From positions 14,354 to 78,353 of the forward strand of contig FLMG01003832.1 of the NCBI GenBank assembly GCA_900088475.1: DNA of 64,000 nucleotides, read 5' to 3'. Numbering within the stretch: position 1 is the first letter of the stretch; every line of letters starts with the position of its first letter. Made by a program: the position numbers and the translations under genes. The notes under the pieces were generated by a model. The model was not told the origin of the DNA. It did no database searches and saw only the letters and a program-made list of their open reading frames with translations. Shown here one piece after another: positions 46,594 to 58,900 of the stretch. Source of the stretch: Hyphochytrium catenoides. Its lineage: Eukaryota > Protista > Hyphochytriomycota.

Positions 46594-48867
46594 ATGGCTT
46601 TTCCTCTTCGAAGGCTCTCTCTTCTCGTCTTTCTCTCTCTCTCTCTCTTCCTCTCGCTCCCTCCGTCGGTACGCTCAGCTATTTCCCTATACGGAAGCGT
46701 ACGAAGCGGCCGAGCTCTGCCTGCCGCGGGCCCTCGAAAAGTAGTACCTGTACCGCGTGTAGGAGGAATAGTTCGCAACGGCCAGGTAGCAGTAAAAACT
46801 TCCGGGAACCACATGTCAGCTCCTGACTGGATGACAGTGACAAAGGCGCAAGACTACATGGCAAAGATTGCAGAAGAGGGACCAAACAGAGCGAAGGCCA
46901 GCCCTCTTCTCAATGAGCACAATGAGCAACGCCAGAGCACGAGACAGACGGAAAGAGACACTCCCGTTGCGGTCCCTAGAGACGAAGTAAGACAAGAGAT
47001 CTCGTCGGCTAAGGATGTAGACCAGCCGTCTTCGGCAGGGAAAGAGCCTCAAAGCGATCCTCTTCTTGATGATGTCTCACCAGGGAAAGAGAAAGACTCT
47101 GTCTCTCTCCCGCCTCAAGAGAAGGTGGAAGAGACAAGATCTTCTTCTTCTTCTTCTCTCCCCATGTCAGGCGACTCTTCTTCTTCTTCTTCTTCTCTCG
47201 TCATTAGAGGAAGACCTTATCTCACGTACAATGAACTTGTGACGCTTGTGCAAGAAAAACTAGGCGTGACGCTTGGGCGGCGCGGCGGGCTTCTGGGTGC
47301 TCTGGACGATTTCTTTGCTTCTGCCATGAAAGGCTTTCTTAAGACTGAGACAACGCCATACTTCGGGGCAATGTCAGCTATCAACTTCTTCTCCTATGGC
47401 AATGCGTTGAGTGCGCTGAAGGTCAGGTTCCTGCTTGGCGTGAGGCCAGTAAAGCTGACCTACAACGGCGTGAAGCTCCACGTGCTGGTGCTTGAGAGCA
47501 ACCAAGGAGGCAAGCCTCTGCCTGGGCAGGAGGTGGTTGACATGGTCTTGGTCCACGGGTATAACGCTGATGGCTCCACCTTCTTTCCCATCATAGAAAA
47601 GCTGCTGGAGAGCCATCCAGATCCTAATGTTTACTATCGGTTCATCCTCCCTGACAGCGTCGGCCATGGAAGAAGCGCCAAGAACTTTCCTTCCCATCTG
47701 CAGCCTGGAAATGGAGATCTCATCCGGTTTATGGGCGAAGCGCTGGCTCATGTCCTAGAGAAGGTGGACGTGGATGGGAAAGTCATCATCGGCGCGCACT
47801 CACTCGGCGGTGCCAAGCTCCATGAGGCGCTTTGGGCAAAGCCGGCGCTGCTTGAGAAAGTGGCAGGACTCATAGAGTTTGAGACCTTTGGCCATCCAAC
47901 GCCTGAGTATTCTTTCGCAGAGTCATTGGAGACAGGCCATGGATTCAACGCGCTAGCGCCGCAGAATAATGAGCAAGCTTGGCTGGCAGCCAACCTGGCC
48001 GTGGGCAAGAACAAGATCAGAGACAGTCATCTGAAGACCATGCTGCCGAACATGGTGCTGCAGAACTTCGTTGAGGCTGCCAATAGGCATAGTCACATCT
48101 TGGTAGATATCAAAGGCTATCGTAAGAAGATACTACCGGACGGCTCTTCTTCTCTCTCCCGCAGCGCGGAGGAGAGCTCTCCTTTTCCTTCCCTAGAGAA
48201 GATGAAAGCTCTGTATGGGAAAGAAGACGGACCTTTCGTCTTCCTCGTCGAGGGAGAGCATGACAACCTCATCCCTCCCTATGTTGACTTCTATGAGAAG
48301 CACTTCGGCAGCGATCATCCTAACATTGAGTACGTCAAACTCCCAGACACCGGGCATATGCTAAGCCTCGAGAACCCAGAAGGCGCTGCCCATATTCTAC
48401 ATCGCAGTGTGCAGAGGAAGCTTACCAAGGAAGGAGCAGCATCTCCTTCTTCTGTTACTATCAATGTGAAAGTGGGAGGAGAAAGAGCAGAGCAAATGGG
48501 GAGAAAGCTCTCCTCTCTCTCCAGGTCTTCTTCCTCTCTTCAGTCTGCTGTTGTTGAGAAGAGAAGATTTAGACGGAACATCGCTGCCACGGCTCCGATG
48601 GCTGGGGAAGAACAAGAGTCTTCTTCTTCTCCATCTCTTTCTCTCCTCTTCTCTCCCGAAGGATTCGCCTCTCTCTATGAAGACCCGTTCTCTCCTAAGA
48701 ACGCGCCTCGTCTCTCTCTCCTGCTAAAGGTTCAGGAGCATAACCAAGAAAAGGCTCTGGCTCAGCTGGAAGAGAAGGTCCCAGAAGAGAAGAGAGAAAG
48801 CTTTAGACAGGAGATGAAGGAAGCCATAAAGGTCTCAGAGGACTTTGTGCGCTATTGGGGCGCCTAG
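46594..48867 (+). CDS. Secreted alpha/beta-fold hydrolase (lipase/esterase-like), 757 aa
   Basis: ATG 46594 gives MAFPLRRLSLLVFLSLSLFLSLPPSVRSA (signal-peptide-like). Motifs: VLVHGY (oxyanion), PDSVGHGRS, nucleophile elbow GAHSLGG, acid GEHDNLIP, His PDTGHML. Confidence 0.92.
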   Translation: MAFPLRRLSLLVFLSLSLFLSLPPSVRSAISLYGSVRSGRALPAAGPRKVVPVPRVGGIVRNGQVAVKTSGNHMSAPDWMTVTKAQDYMAKIAEEGPNRAKASPLLNEHNEQRQSTRQTERDTPVAVPRDEVRQEISSAKDVDQPSSAGKEPQSDPLLDDVSPGKEKDSVSLPPQEKVEETRSSSSSSLPMSGDSSSSSSSLVIRGRPYLTYNELVTLVQEKLGVTLGRRGGLLGALDDFFASAMKGFLKTETTPYFGAMSAINFFSYGNALSALKVRFLLGVRPVKLTYNGVKLHVLVLESNQGGKPLPGQEVVDMVLVHGYNADGSTFFPIIEKLLESHPDPNVYYRFILPDSVGHGRSAKNFPSHLQPGNGDLIRFMGEALAHVLEKVDVDGKVIIGAHSLGGAKLHEALWAKPALLEKVAGLIEFETFGHPTPEYSFAESLETGHGFNALAPQNNEQAWLAANLAVGKNKIRDSHLKTMLPNMVLQNFVEAANRHSHILVDIKGYRKKILPDGSSSLSRSAEESSPFPSLEKMKALYGKEDGPFVFLVEGEHDNLIPPYVDFYEKHFGSDHPNIEYVKLPDTGHMLSLENPEGAAHILHRSVQRKLTKEGAASPSSVTINVKVGGERAEQMGRKLSSLSRSSSSLQSAVVEKRRFRRNIAATAPMAGEEQESSSSPSLSLLFSPEGFASLYEDPFSPKNAPRLSLLLKVQEHNQEKALAQLEEKVPEEKRESFRQEMKEAIKVSEDFVRYWGA

Positions 48868-48902
48868 GCTTCTTTCTCTTAGCTTCTTTGACGATTTACC
48901 TT

Positions 48903-48941
<39 letters not shown>

Positions 48942-49157
48942 TATATCACATCTATGTCCTCTGTCTGTCTGTCTTTCAGAACTAAGGCTAGGTCATCGCT
49001 CTGGGTTGGCAGAGTAATCTTGTCACGTCTCATTTCTCCTTTCCTTGGTGCCAGTTCTCTCTCGCCTCGAACAGAGAATCTTTCTCTCCCAGGAACGCAC
49101 CACGTTTTTCAAAAAGTTAGAAGAAATATAATTTAAAGAGCCAATTAATCGTCTACT

Positions 49158-49188
<31 letters not shown>

Positions 49189-49251
49189 TCCCCTCCTCCT
49201 ACCTCCTCTTTTCCTCTCTCTACTTCCGCGCTCTCCGCCTCTTGTTCCTCC

Positions 49252-49312
<61 letters not shown>

Positions 49313-49449
49313 CTTTCTTTTTCTCTCTCTCTCTTGCTACTATCTGTATTGCATCACCATCATGAGCTCCTAAGAAAAGGCGAGAGTTAGGTAGAGGACC
49401 ACCGGAGAGCCATGGCACCAGCAAGAAGTACGCCTGTCTCTCAGCGGTG

Positions 49450-51350
49450 CTGCTACTCGTGAACACCGCGGTCTCCCGCTAAATAATATCCCAGAGATGA
49501 TGATGATGAGCCTGCCAGCCGCCATTCCCGTCGTTCCGCCGCTTACTCTCCTGCAGGGTAGTAGGAAGAAGCTCTCTCCCTCCCTGGTGATGATGATGAA
49601 GAGTTCTCTTCGTGAGAAAGAGTTGCTGATTGACTCGAAGATCTAAACATAGGTCTTTTTTCACCAGGGAAGGTAAGGATCCATCTATTGCCGCCGCGCG
49701 GAGGAAAGACCCAGCAAGCGAGCCTCGTGATTGTCAATAGAGAAGATGGCAACAGATTGCCCTGCGCTGTGGGAGAAAGTAGGCGGCCCTAGACCCTTGA
49801 CAGCGGGAGGAGAAATGATCTTGTTGTTGACTTGACAGCCCTAACATCTCAGCCCAAGATTGTGGGACTAAACCTTCTGGAGCCATCGTCCACCAAGAAG
49901 CTGCCACTACCTCTTTCTAGGCTGATCTGCAGATGAGGCCAATGATAAAGGAGGAATGATACTGCTGATTCACCTTCTATAATAGGTCTCCAGACAGGTA
50001 GGAAGAGGAGCCTTCTCATTCGTTTATCTAGGGGAAGGAGGACGACAAAGGACGAGCGACTAGGTCAGGCTATGCCATACAGGCTGACACACAGACTAGA
50101 GCGTACATGCGGCGCTGTCTATGCGCAGTGATCCTTTGTCTTCTTGCAATGCTAAGAATGCTGATGGAGAGAAAGCTAACATTAGGTCCAATCATGTTAG
50201 CTGGAGTCGTAGTAGGAAAGAGACAAGCTGATGAGCAGAGCATCATTTCTTCTATTCGAATCCTTTCTTTCTTTCCTTCGCCACCACCCACCAGCCAGCA
50301 AGGAAGCCACCGCCTTGTGGTCGCTGCCCAGTTCCCTCTGGCCTGCAACCTTCCTCTCATCACAGCTCCATCTTCAGAACGCCAGGTTCATTTGCTTTCT
50401 TGCCTACTATCTCCCCATCACAACGATAGGTAGTGCGCCGGACCAGAGAAGGCCTAAGCCGAGTTTGATGCCAGCTGTGGCGCAGACTTCGAAGACTTCA
50501 AGACCTATCTGGAGACAATGCAGAAGTTCAGAAGAGCGTCATCATCCCTAAGCTTGGAGCACCTGTATGTAGATGATATTCTTCTCACACTTGCCCCTGT
50601 GTGGTCATCACTTCAAAATTCTTGCCACATATCATTGTCGTCTCCATGGCCTTTCGCAAAGATAATGCGCCAGTTGCGGGACATTGTGGCGCGGGCATAG
50701 GCATCATCTGCTTCAACGCACGGCCCCTCCCGCCGCCGCCATCGTCGTAGGCAGCAATTCTCTGCTTGACTTAGGAAGCAGCGCCAAAGGACTGGACGCG
50801 AATGGATTCCCACGACACGGTTTGCACTGCTTTCCTTGTTTGAAGGCTGCTCGGCGTCTTCTCTTGCCGCCGTGTGAGTCGCTCATAAAAGCCTTCTGTT
50901 CTCGTCGCTCTTGTTGCCCTGCCTTCGTCGCATGCCTAGTACTATGCCTTCTTCGCCTGATGCCTTCACATCTTGATTACATCCTTCCCGCCTGCCACTG
51001 ATCATCGACCATAAGATGTTTTGCCTCTCTCGCATGAGGATGAGGTCCGCCAGCTCCGTCTCCTCTCACTTCTCCGTGTCGCCACCTCTGCAGATTGGTC
51101 AACCTAGCTATCCTATCCACTTCCTCCTCAATGGTTGCTCTCTGTCCTAGTTCTTCCTAAGAGTTGCACATGGCAACGTACTGTTTGATGAATAATATAA
51201 TCATTTCTGCATGTTCCCATCTGTTTGCTTCTTAGTTCATTGCTCATCTTTCTCCTTCGAGTCTCATGCAGTCTGTCGCGCGGAAAGCTCGCCTGAGAAA
51301 CGTTCTGTTGTCTCGGAAGAAACCTCATGTCGAAGTACCGCTGGTGGTGC
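49450..51350 (-). mobile_element. Highly decayed Ty1/copia-like gag/integrase relic (tentative)
   Basis: Fragments in mixed frames with many stops: WHQTRL, VCVSACMA, FLVDDGSR, RGGNRWILTF, RRNDGNGG. They resemble copia pre-integrase and integrase motifs (WH.RLGH, C..C, GG.RY.LTF.DD.SR, RSDNGG). The DD.SR-like piece is out of the expected order. No LTRs were seen. Confidence 0.3.
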
Positions 51351-54300
51351 CCCAAGCTAGCATCACTATCACCAAGCTAGCATCACTATCATCAAGCTGA
51401 CGCGCTGAGTCCTATCCGCATCTTCAACAAAGTCTAACAACGAACAGTCCGATGTAGAAAGCAGACTGCAAAGAAGCAGGAGAGACGGACGGTGTTGGCT
51501 GGTATCTAATACGTCTCCTGCTTGCTGGAGCCTTGGAGAGTCAGCTATGCGGATAGTAGGCTCATGTTGGACCATACTAATCAGTGCATGAGTCTTCCTT
51601 TGCGGGCAGATGATGGTGCATTTATTACGTCTTCCTAGTCTGCTGCTGTTGATCCGTCGTATTCCCTCATCCGCACTCGCGGCGGCTGCCTCCTCCGACA
51701 ACGGGGCTCTCGGTAGAATAAGCACGGTCGGCTTGGGCTTCTCATCAGGGAGAATGGTGATGCTGGAGAAGATACCTTGCAACAATGGTCTCGGCGGCGA
51801 GGTGGGGTGAGGAGGAGACTACCGGCAGGAGAAGATTACTTCTTCCTTGATGATGATGGACAAGTCTTCAGCTATGGTCGTCAGGGTGGAGACTCTGGCT
51901 CTGCAACTTCAGAAGAAGAGTATCATATCCTTCTTCCAAAGATACCTGATAACCGGTTGTGCCGCAGCTATCGAGAGCTCGTGGTGAATCGGCGGCAAGG
52001 CCATTTCCCCTATGACGACGACGTCGTCCTGATCAAAGAAAAAGCTAGCTTTGACAACGAATGGGATATCAGGACGTGCCCTAAGGGTAGAGCAGGCTCT
52101 ATGGCCTGCACAGTTCTCATGAGAGCTATGCGCTTAAAGCTCGTCAAGGAGGCATGATGCGCGGTGGAATGTCCGAATGGGAACAATGAAATCCTAGCAT
52201 GATTGGATTGTGTCCTTTATCTTCTGATGGCCGATGCTACTATCAGATTTGTCTGACTTGCGGATAGACGCTAGTGCTGAATGCAACGAGGATTGAGTCC
52301 TCTGTTTCCCCTGCAACATGATGATTAAAGCTCTTCGGAGGTAGCGTTCTCATCATCCCTAATAAGAAGGGTGTTCATCTACATTGGACGCACTTCGTCA
52401 ACTCGGCTTGGATTGCGCTTCCGACACTACTTCTTCTTCTTGGAACCATTCGGAGCCCCCAATTTAGAGAAAGGAAAGGATGATGAGGTGCACGTCCGAG
52501 TCGTCAGCAACAGTGATTCTTTAGGAATGCTAGGTCATGCTCCTCCTGCTGGTTGAACCTCTTTTCTAGTGTTGCCTCTTCGTCGGTGCGGAGAGGCATC
52601 CAAAAGGCTCTCGTCACGCCTTCTGGACAATTGAGGAGAAAGGGGAGATGGGATCGTCAGTGAGATGTATTGAGAACTCTGTTCTCTGGAGGCCACTATG
52701 GCAAGGAAAACTCTTGTCCTATTTCCCTCGTCCAACGGTTTATCTCTCGCTATTATGTCCTTCACATTTGTTCCTGCTGCTCCCGGGAACTTTATCTCTT
52801 CGTCGCGACCTTTTTTTCATCGTCGCAGTCTTCCGGACACACTCTTTCATTGTTGCCAAGATTCTTCTCTTCTTTGAGGGATGATGATTCTCTTCTTTCG
52901 TGACTGTCTGATGAGGAGCTTCTGTCACTCTCTGTTCTTTCTTCTTCTTACATAGAGGGCATATCCTCTGCTTTCTTCGCCCTTGTACTTCAACTTCATA
53001 ATCTATTGAGCTCTCCTCACGCTGGCCCATAATCTTCATCATTAGTCTCATTCTTCTGCTATTGGTACTTAAACTAGGGAGAGCTTTTCTCAAGCAAATC
53101 TGCCATCCCATCAAGAGGCCCATCACCGGTCTCCTGTCGATTGAATATTGCAAACAACTGATGGATTGATTGAGGAAATCAAACGATAACCTTTGGGGCG
53201 AGAGGCGTGGTTTACCGGTGCCTTTCCTAGCCGCTGCCGCTGCTGTATCTAGACGACTCTGCTGCTGAGCAAGCGGGCAAAGGTCCAGTCTGACCAGAGC
53301 AAGTATTAGCCGCGCCAGGGAATGCCAAACTCTGCCCGTCAAGTGTTCCGTCCTTCTCCTACCAGACTCCAGCGAAGCTTCCGCTGTTCTGTCTGTCAAG
53401 CCTTTACATATTACTAATAAGAGGATGGTTTTGTTTCAAGTTCTCTGCCCACTGTTCACTGTCCAGTGTCCATCGAGCAGCAGAAATGCATCAAGCGTGC
53501 AGGTGATGATATCTGTATGTGGAGAACTCCTTTTCAGCATTATTGGGACTGGAGTGTCACCTTACAGTGAGGAGATCGTACGTAGGAGGAACGTGGAGGA
53601 CGCTACGGACAATCTTCTCGTGCTTTATCTCTCGATAGCGCTTATTGTCCTATCCCAGGAGGAAGGAAGAGTCAGATAGAGTCGGTATCTCACCTTTATT
53701 CCCATCGCAAGCTTGTTTCACTGTTATGATAAGGATAAAGCTATCTCTGCCACCTCCGCGCTGGCGTTGCTGCTACTCGGAGCGAGCCCATTCACCTATT
53801 CGGCTATCACCTTAATTATCAAGACAAATCTTCTCTCTAGGAATAGTAATGAAGGAGGAAGCAGCTCTAACGAATTGTGACCTCGATGTGACGGACTCTT
53901 TCGACATCTCTTTCTCGGCTTCTCCGTGCTGAGGGCCGGCGGGCTGCTGATACTTCTGGTGCTGTTTGGGCTGCTGCTGACAGATCTTGTTGCCTTGCTG
54001 CCAATCCCTTTCTCTTCAGTCTTCTGCTGCTACGTAGCGCACTAGGATCTTGCACCTCTGACTGGCCTAACAGTGATCGCAGCTGAGGACGTTTTGCCTC
54101 TCTCATTATGGATGAGGACTGGCTATCTACCCCGACTCTTTCTCTATTGGTCCGTCGCATCTGTCGGGAAGGCGCATGCTCCTTATTAGTCTTTATTATT
54201 GCTTTTATAGCTCTTCAATAAAATAAACTCATTAGTCCTGCGTGACATAGTCATGGTCGTATAAAATCTAATAAAACACATTGTGTTGAGTGTTATTTTA

Positions 54301-55159
54301 TTTGTTAAAATTCATTGAGAGCGACTACTACTACTATAACGAAGACGGAGTAAAAAAGAGAAGAATAAGAGGAAGAAGAGGAGAAAAGGAAAGAGAGGAA
54401 GAAGAAGAAGAAGGGGAAGATCAAATGCATATAATAATAGAAGTTACCTGGTGATATTTTCTATCTACTGTTCAAAGATAGAGAGAGAGAACCAGAAGAA
54501 GGGAGGATAATTTGGGAGACCTTTGGTGGAGCTACAGAGGAGGTTCACGCCACGTTGCGACATTGGATAAGAGCTGTCTAGTTGAATTCACTGCATTTGG
54601 TTCTCATACGTTTGGGACTATTCTATATTCGTCCAGTGATTCTTTATAAAAATTAAGGAAGTAAATAAAAATAGTAGGGTACTACTACTATGACTAACTA
54701 AAAAACAGCACAGGATAGAAAAGAAGGCGAGGTAGAAGACAGAGATGAAGATGAGTTAAAGAGAAGAAGAAAAAGAAGAAGAAGACGATGGAGAAGAAGA
54801 GGAAGGAAAATAGGGAAATGAAGAAGAGGCAAGAGGTACAGATTCCTTGACTCTTCAACACACTCTCTCCTCCACCATCATGATCGGGGAAAAGGGAAGA
54901 AGAATCATAATAGCTGAACTCTGCGGCAATAACGGTAGGATACGGAGGGGGAGGAGAAGAAGAGGAGGACGGCGTAGTTGACCAGGAATACGCTTCAGAA
55001 ATTGCAGCGCATTCTCTCCATGAATAGCGAAAGAGATTCTGGTCTAAACAGAGTAGTTCTAAGCGCTTTTCCTCCAAAGTTAAAAATGAAAAAGGAGCAA
55101 TTCTGGAGTGACTAAGGCCTTAGTAGACTACTGTTTAATAAAGTTTTATGTTGGCTTAA

Positions 55160-55183
55160 GGGTGAGTTCACGAGAAACGTGAA
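55160..55183 (+). repeat. Left terminal inverted repeat
   Basis: GGGTGAGTTCACGAGAAACGTGAA, preceded by TTAA. Confidence 0.92.
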
Positions 55184-55900
55184 GGTTTGTATGGGCAGTA
55201 ATGGCAATGGACCCAGAAGCACATGATTCGAAAGGACTCCAAAGGCAGCTGTATCGAGAATCCCTTGATATATAGTATGTCTTTATTCTTCATTAATGGC
55301 TGATATTTGCTTACTATTCTACAATATTTTGTGCATGACCCTCCTTTATAAGGGTCGAAGGAGCCTCTTCTTGTCCACTGAAGCACCAAAAACAACCTCC
55401 ATTCCGCCCTGCTGCATTCGAGTAAAGAGCCGAGTATCAAAAACTTCAGTTAGATAACTGATATATAACCACTAAAATGTATCAATAATGTAATGATTCT
55501 TTGACGGTTATTGATGGGATCGAGGTGGAAAACCATCACTCATTCCATCACCTTCATCACAGCATCATCACACCCTCGAGTTCTATCATTTTGTGTCATC
55601 ATTATCCTCCTCATCATCATCAGGCCAACAACGGCACCACCATCAAATCTCTTCTTGGCCATCCAACCACCCTGTGGGACAACTGGCAAACGAGGCATGA
55701 GTCCTAGACTGCTCGCTCATTATCGTCATAGCGTGATGAATCGATATGCTGCTGCATAGTAGCTGCTAACACTGTCTATTCCGAGAGACAGCAGCACAGA
55801 CACAAGTTGTCTACACCGTGTCTTTGCTCGATTATCATCAAACCAGTAACATCCAAATTGTTACGCCCAACGTCTTGCAACGGTACATGGGTGTGATACA

Positions 55901-58900
55901 ATGAGCTCCTCATCTACTATGTCCTCTGCATCCCCATCATTCATTGTCTATCAGCGCCTGCAGGCGTTTGTCGACAAGAAACCCCATGTGACAATTTCAC
56001 AATTAGCCGAAGCAATGAGTCTATCTCGATATACGCTCACCGCCTTTATGAAGTCTCAAGGAGGTAAGTTCTTGTTCCAGTGAAAAAAAGAAACAATAGC
56101 CGCAGCAAAACTGCCTCCTCCTCGTCCACTAATGAAGCTATGTACCCAGTCTCTGCGTATGCTAAGACCCTAACAGCGGTTCAAAAGTTCCTTGATGATC
56201 AAGAAGGAAGTACGAGCACTCAATCGGAACAATACGGTGTAGGTTTCTCCTGTTGGTTCGTCTGATTGTGCATACACAGTAGCATTCCCCTCTTTCCTTT
56301 TTATAGTTCAACCACTCTCTTTCATCATCATTATGACACTTTCAAGCATAATTGGCGTATGTTAGACCCGACCAGCTAGAACTTACGGACCATATGTTGC
56401 TAGGGGCCAGTTCAGGACCTAACTGGTGAACAAGTCCACTCTTACCGATTCCTATCGCGCGAGGAGTATCTTCAGCGAGTTGCAGAAAATAACTTCAATC
56501 AGAGGGATGAGATAGCTTCACCTGTACCTGTCAGGGTGACTATTTTAACAAGAACACCTCCTAAGACTTCAGGCAGTGACATCAAGCCATGGATTAACAA
56601 CAGACTCTGGATGATTGCTCCGCGGGGCCATAACAACGAATCTCTGCAGCTGTATCCAGGACTTGCCGATGTGACAACTATCCGCGGAGGGAAAAGTCAC
56701 GTTAGGGATCGATCATTCTACTGGAGGGTGGTTGCTAGGGGATGCTCATACAAAAGCATCTGGGAGGGGCCCTTATTTCAATGTATCGACCTGGAGAAGC
56801 CGGCTGATGCCATATTTGAAGGCAAATCGCCAACCCAAATGTGGAAGAACGCGGCTGAAGCATATGGAAGACCATGGCAGTTCCAGCATGGTCGCGCTTT
56901 GCTGGGCTTCCTCGATGAGGGGATATGCATTGCTATTAGCGGTGCAGGAGGTGACAAAGAATTAGATGGAGATGACGATGGGGAGCTAAGGCTGCCCATG
57001 AGTACAAGGTTTGGACGACTAAGTCAGCTAAGTATCCGCCGCAAGCGGGACTTGGCAAGACTGATCCACGAAAAACTGCATAGTCTAATGACTGAAATCC
57101 ATCCAGACTCTCCCATAGAAGCTTTTAAGGTGCTCGTCGAGTTCAACAAGTATCGAAAGATATGGCTAGAGGGTGCCATAGGTGAAGAAGCTATATTGGA
57201 GTCTCTTTCAGCCGAAGCTCCTGTTGTGAGCGCGATATGTCAGGCCTTCAAGAATCTGGAGAAGTCTGGGGACCGGCTGCAAATGGGGTCCTTGATAGCT
57301 CCATATCTGCCTATCTCTGTAGTCTCTAAGCTTTTAGGTGTGGGAGCGACTACCGTCCATAAAATGCGGACCTACGCTAGGCGACACGGAGCCGGAGCTC
57401 GGGTGGCTGCAGAGACGATTAAGCGTGACCGCCTTCAGGGAAGAGACCTCCTGGTCAAAGAGTTCTTGGAGGACCAAGATGTTCTGTACGCAAGCCCCAC
57501 TCTACGGGACGGCAAACAGGTCATCTACAAAATGCATAACGATAACGACCTCTATTCACTGTATAGGTCTTATTGCATAGACATTGGCCGGGATGATGAA
57601 GTTATCAAGAAAACGAAGTTTCGTTCTCTCATCAAGAAAATGAAGCTTCGCAAATGGGACCCCAAGTCATGTCTCTGTAATCAGTGTGCACGGTATGGCT
57701 TCAAGACCTTTGAGGATCTCCGGCAGATTGTGTCCGAGACGTATGAGATTATAGCCTCCTCTGATGAAGCCATACCGGAGGTCGCCAGAGATCGTGATGA
57801 CGCGTTAGAGGCCATAAAGGCTGTACAGAACTATTATTGGAATGGTTTCAAGCAAGATCTTCAACTATCTTCCGTAAGTGGACTGCTATGTCTTAGACAT
57901 GGTCTTTCTTTGGACGATAAAGTGGATAAGGACGGTCCCTTTTCTCACCGCTGCGATCATGAACACAACTCAAGCACGACGGAAGGGTGAGCAGTTGCAT
58001 TAATGTTTGTTTGTGAGATGCCATTAGCTTCACGATGACGGCTTCTCTTATTCATTGTTACTCATTTGCCCCCATCACTGATTCCTTATCCCGCAGATGT
58101 GATCTAAGATCGCAGCTAGAAACGCTTACTTGGAGATTGCTTGGCAAGGCAAAGGAGTTAAGCGAGCGACCGACATCAACAACCCTTAATCGTAGGGTCA
58201 TAGACAATCTGAACGAAAGACTACTGAAGTGTGAGCAAAATCTAGAGTTCTATATTGCCCATCAAGCACGCAAAAGATTCTCTACACTCGTCAAATTAGC
58301 AGTGCGTGATGGTCTTTCTCTGAATCAAGCTGTAGTCATCATCGACCATAAAATGAAGTGGTTGCCACGATGGCATAGAGAGACACAAGCGCAGTACTTC
58401 GGGAAGTCAGGAATCACAATTTTTGGTGCTGTTGTTCTCTACAAGGACGATAGCGGTGAGTGTATGAGTTTGAGTACAACCCTACTTCGTCAGAATCTTA
58501 CTTTCATCATCTCTTGGCTGCTGCTAGGGCACTTCAATCTCATCAATATCCGCGCATTTAGCGACGAGAGCCACCAGGATTGGTCTCAGTCTCTGGTTCT
58601 CTTATCAAGTTGCCTACAGGAGCTATCCATAGCAACTGAGGGAAGAATCACCGAAGTTATTATCCAAAGCGATGGTGCTGGCAATTACTCCGGAACGGGG
58701 TTCTTCCTTGGACTCCCTTCAGCAGCTCCAGCAGGAATGAAGATTATCGGGCATCTGATCACAGAGGCAGGCGGTGGAAAGGATCGGGTAGATCAAGACT
58801 TTGCTGACTTGGGAAGACAACTTCTGAAGTTTCTGAATTCGGGTCATGATTTGGTCTCCTCAAAAGATTTATTAGAGGCCGCAAACTTCGAGCTCACAAG

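Noticed and set aside
51777-53700. Medium ORFs 51777-52157 and 52740-53399 as genes or a kinase relic
   Set aside because: No diagnostic motifs, and frequent stops in the neighbouring sequence.
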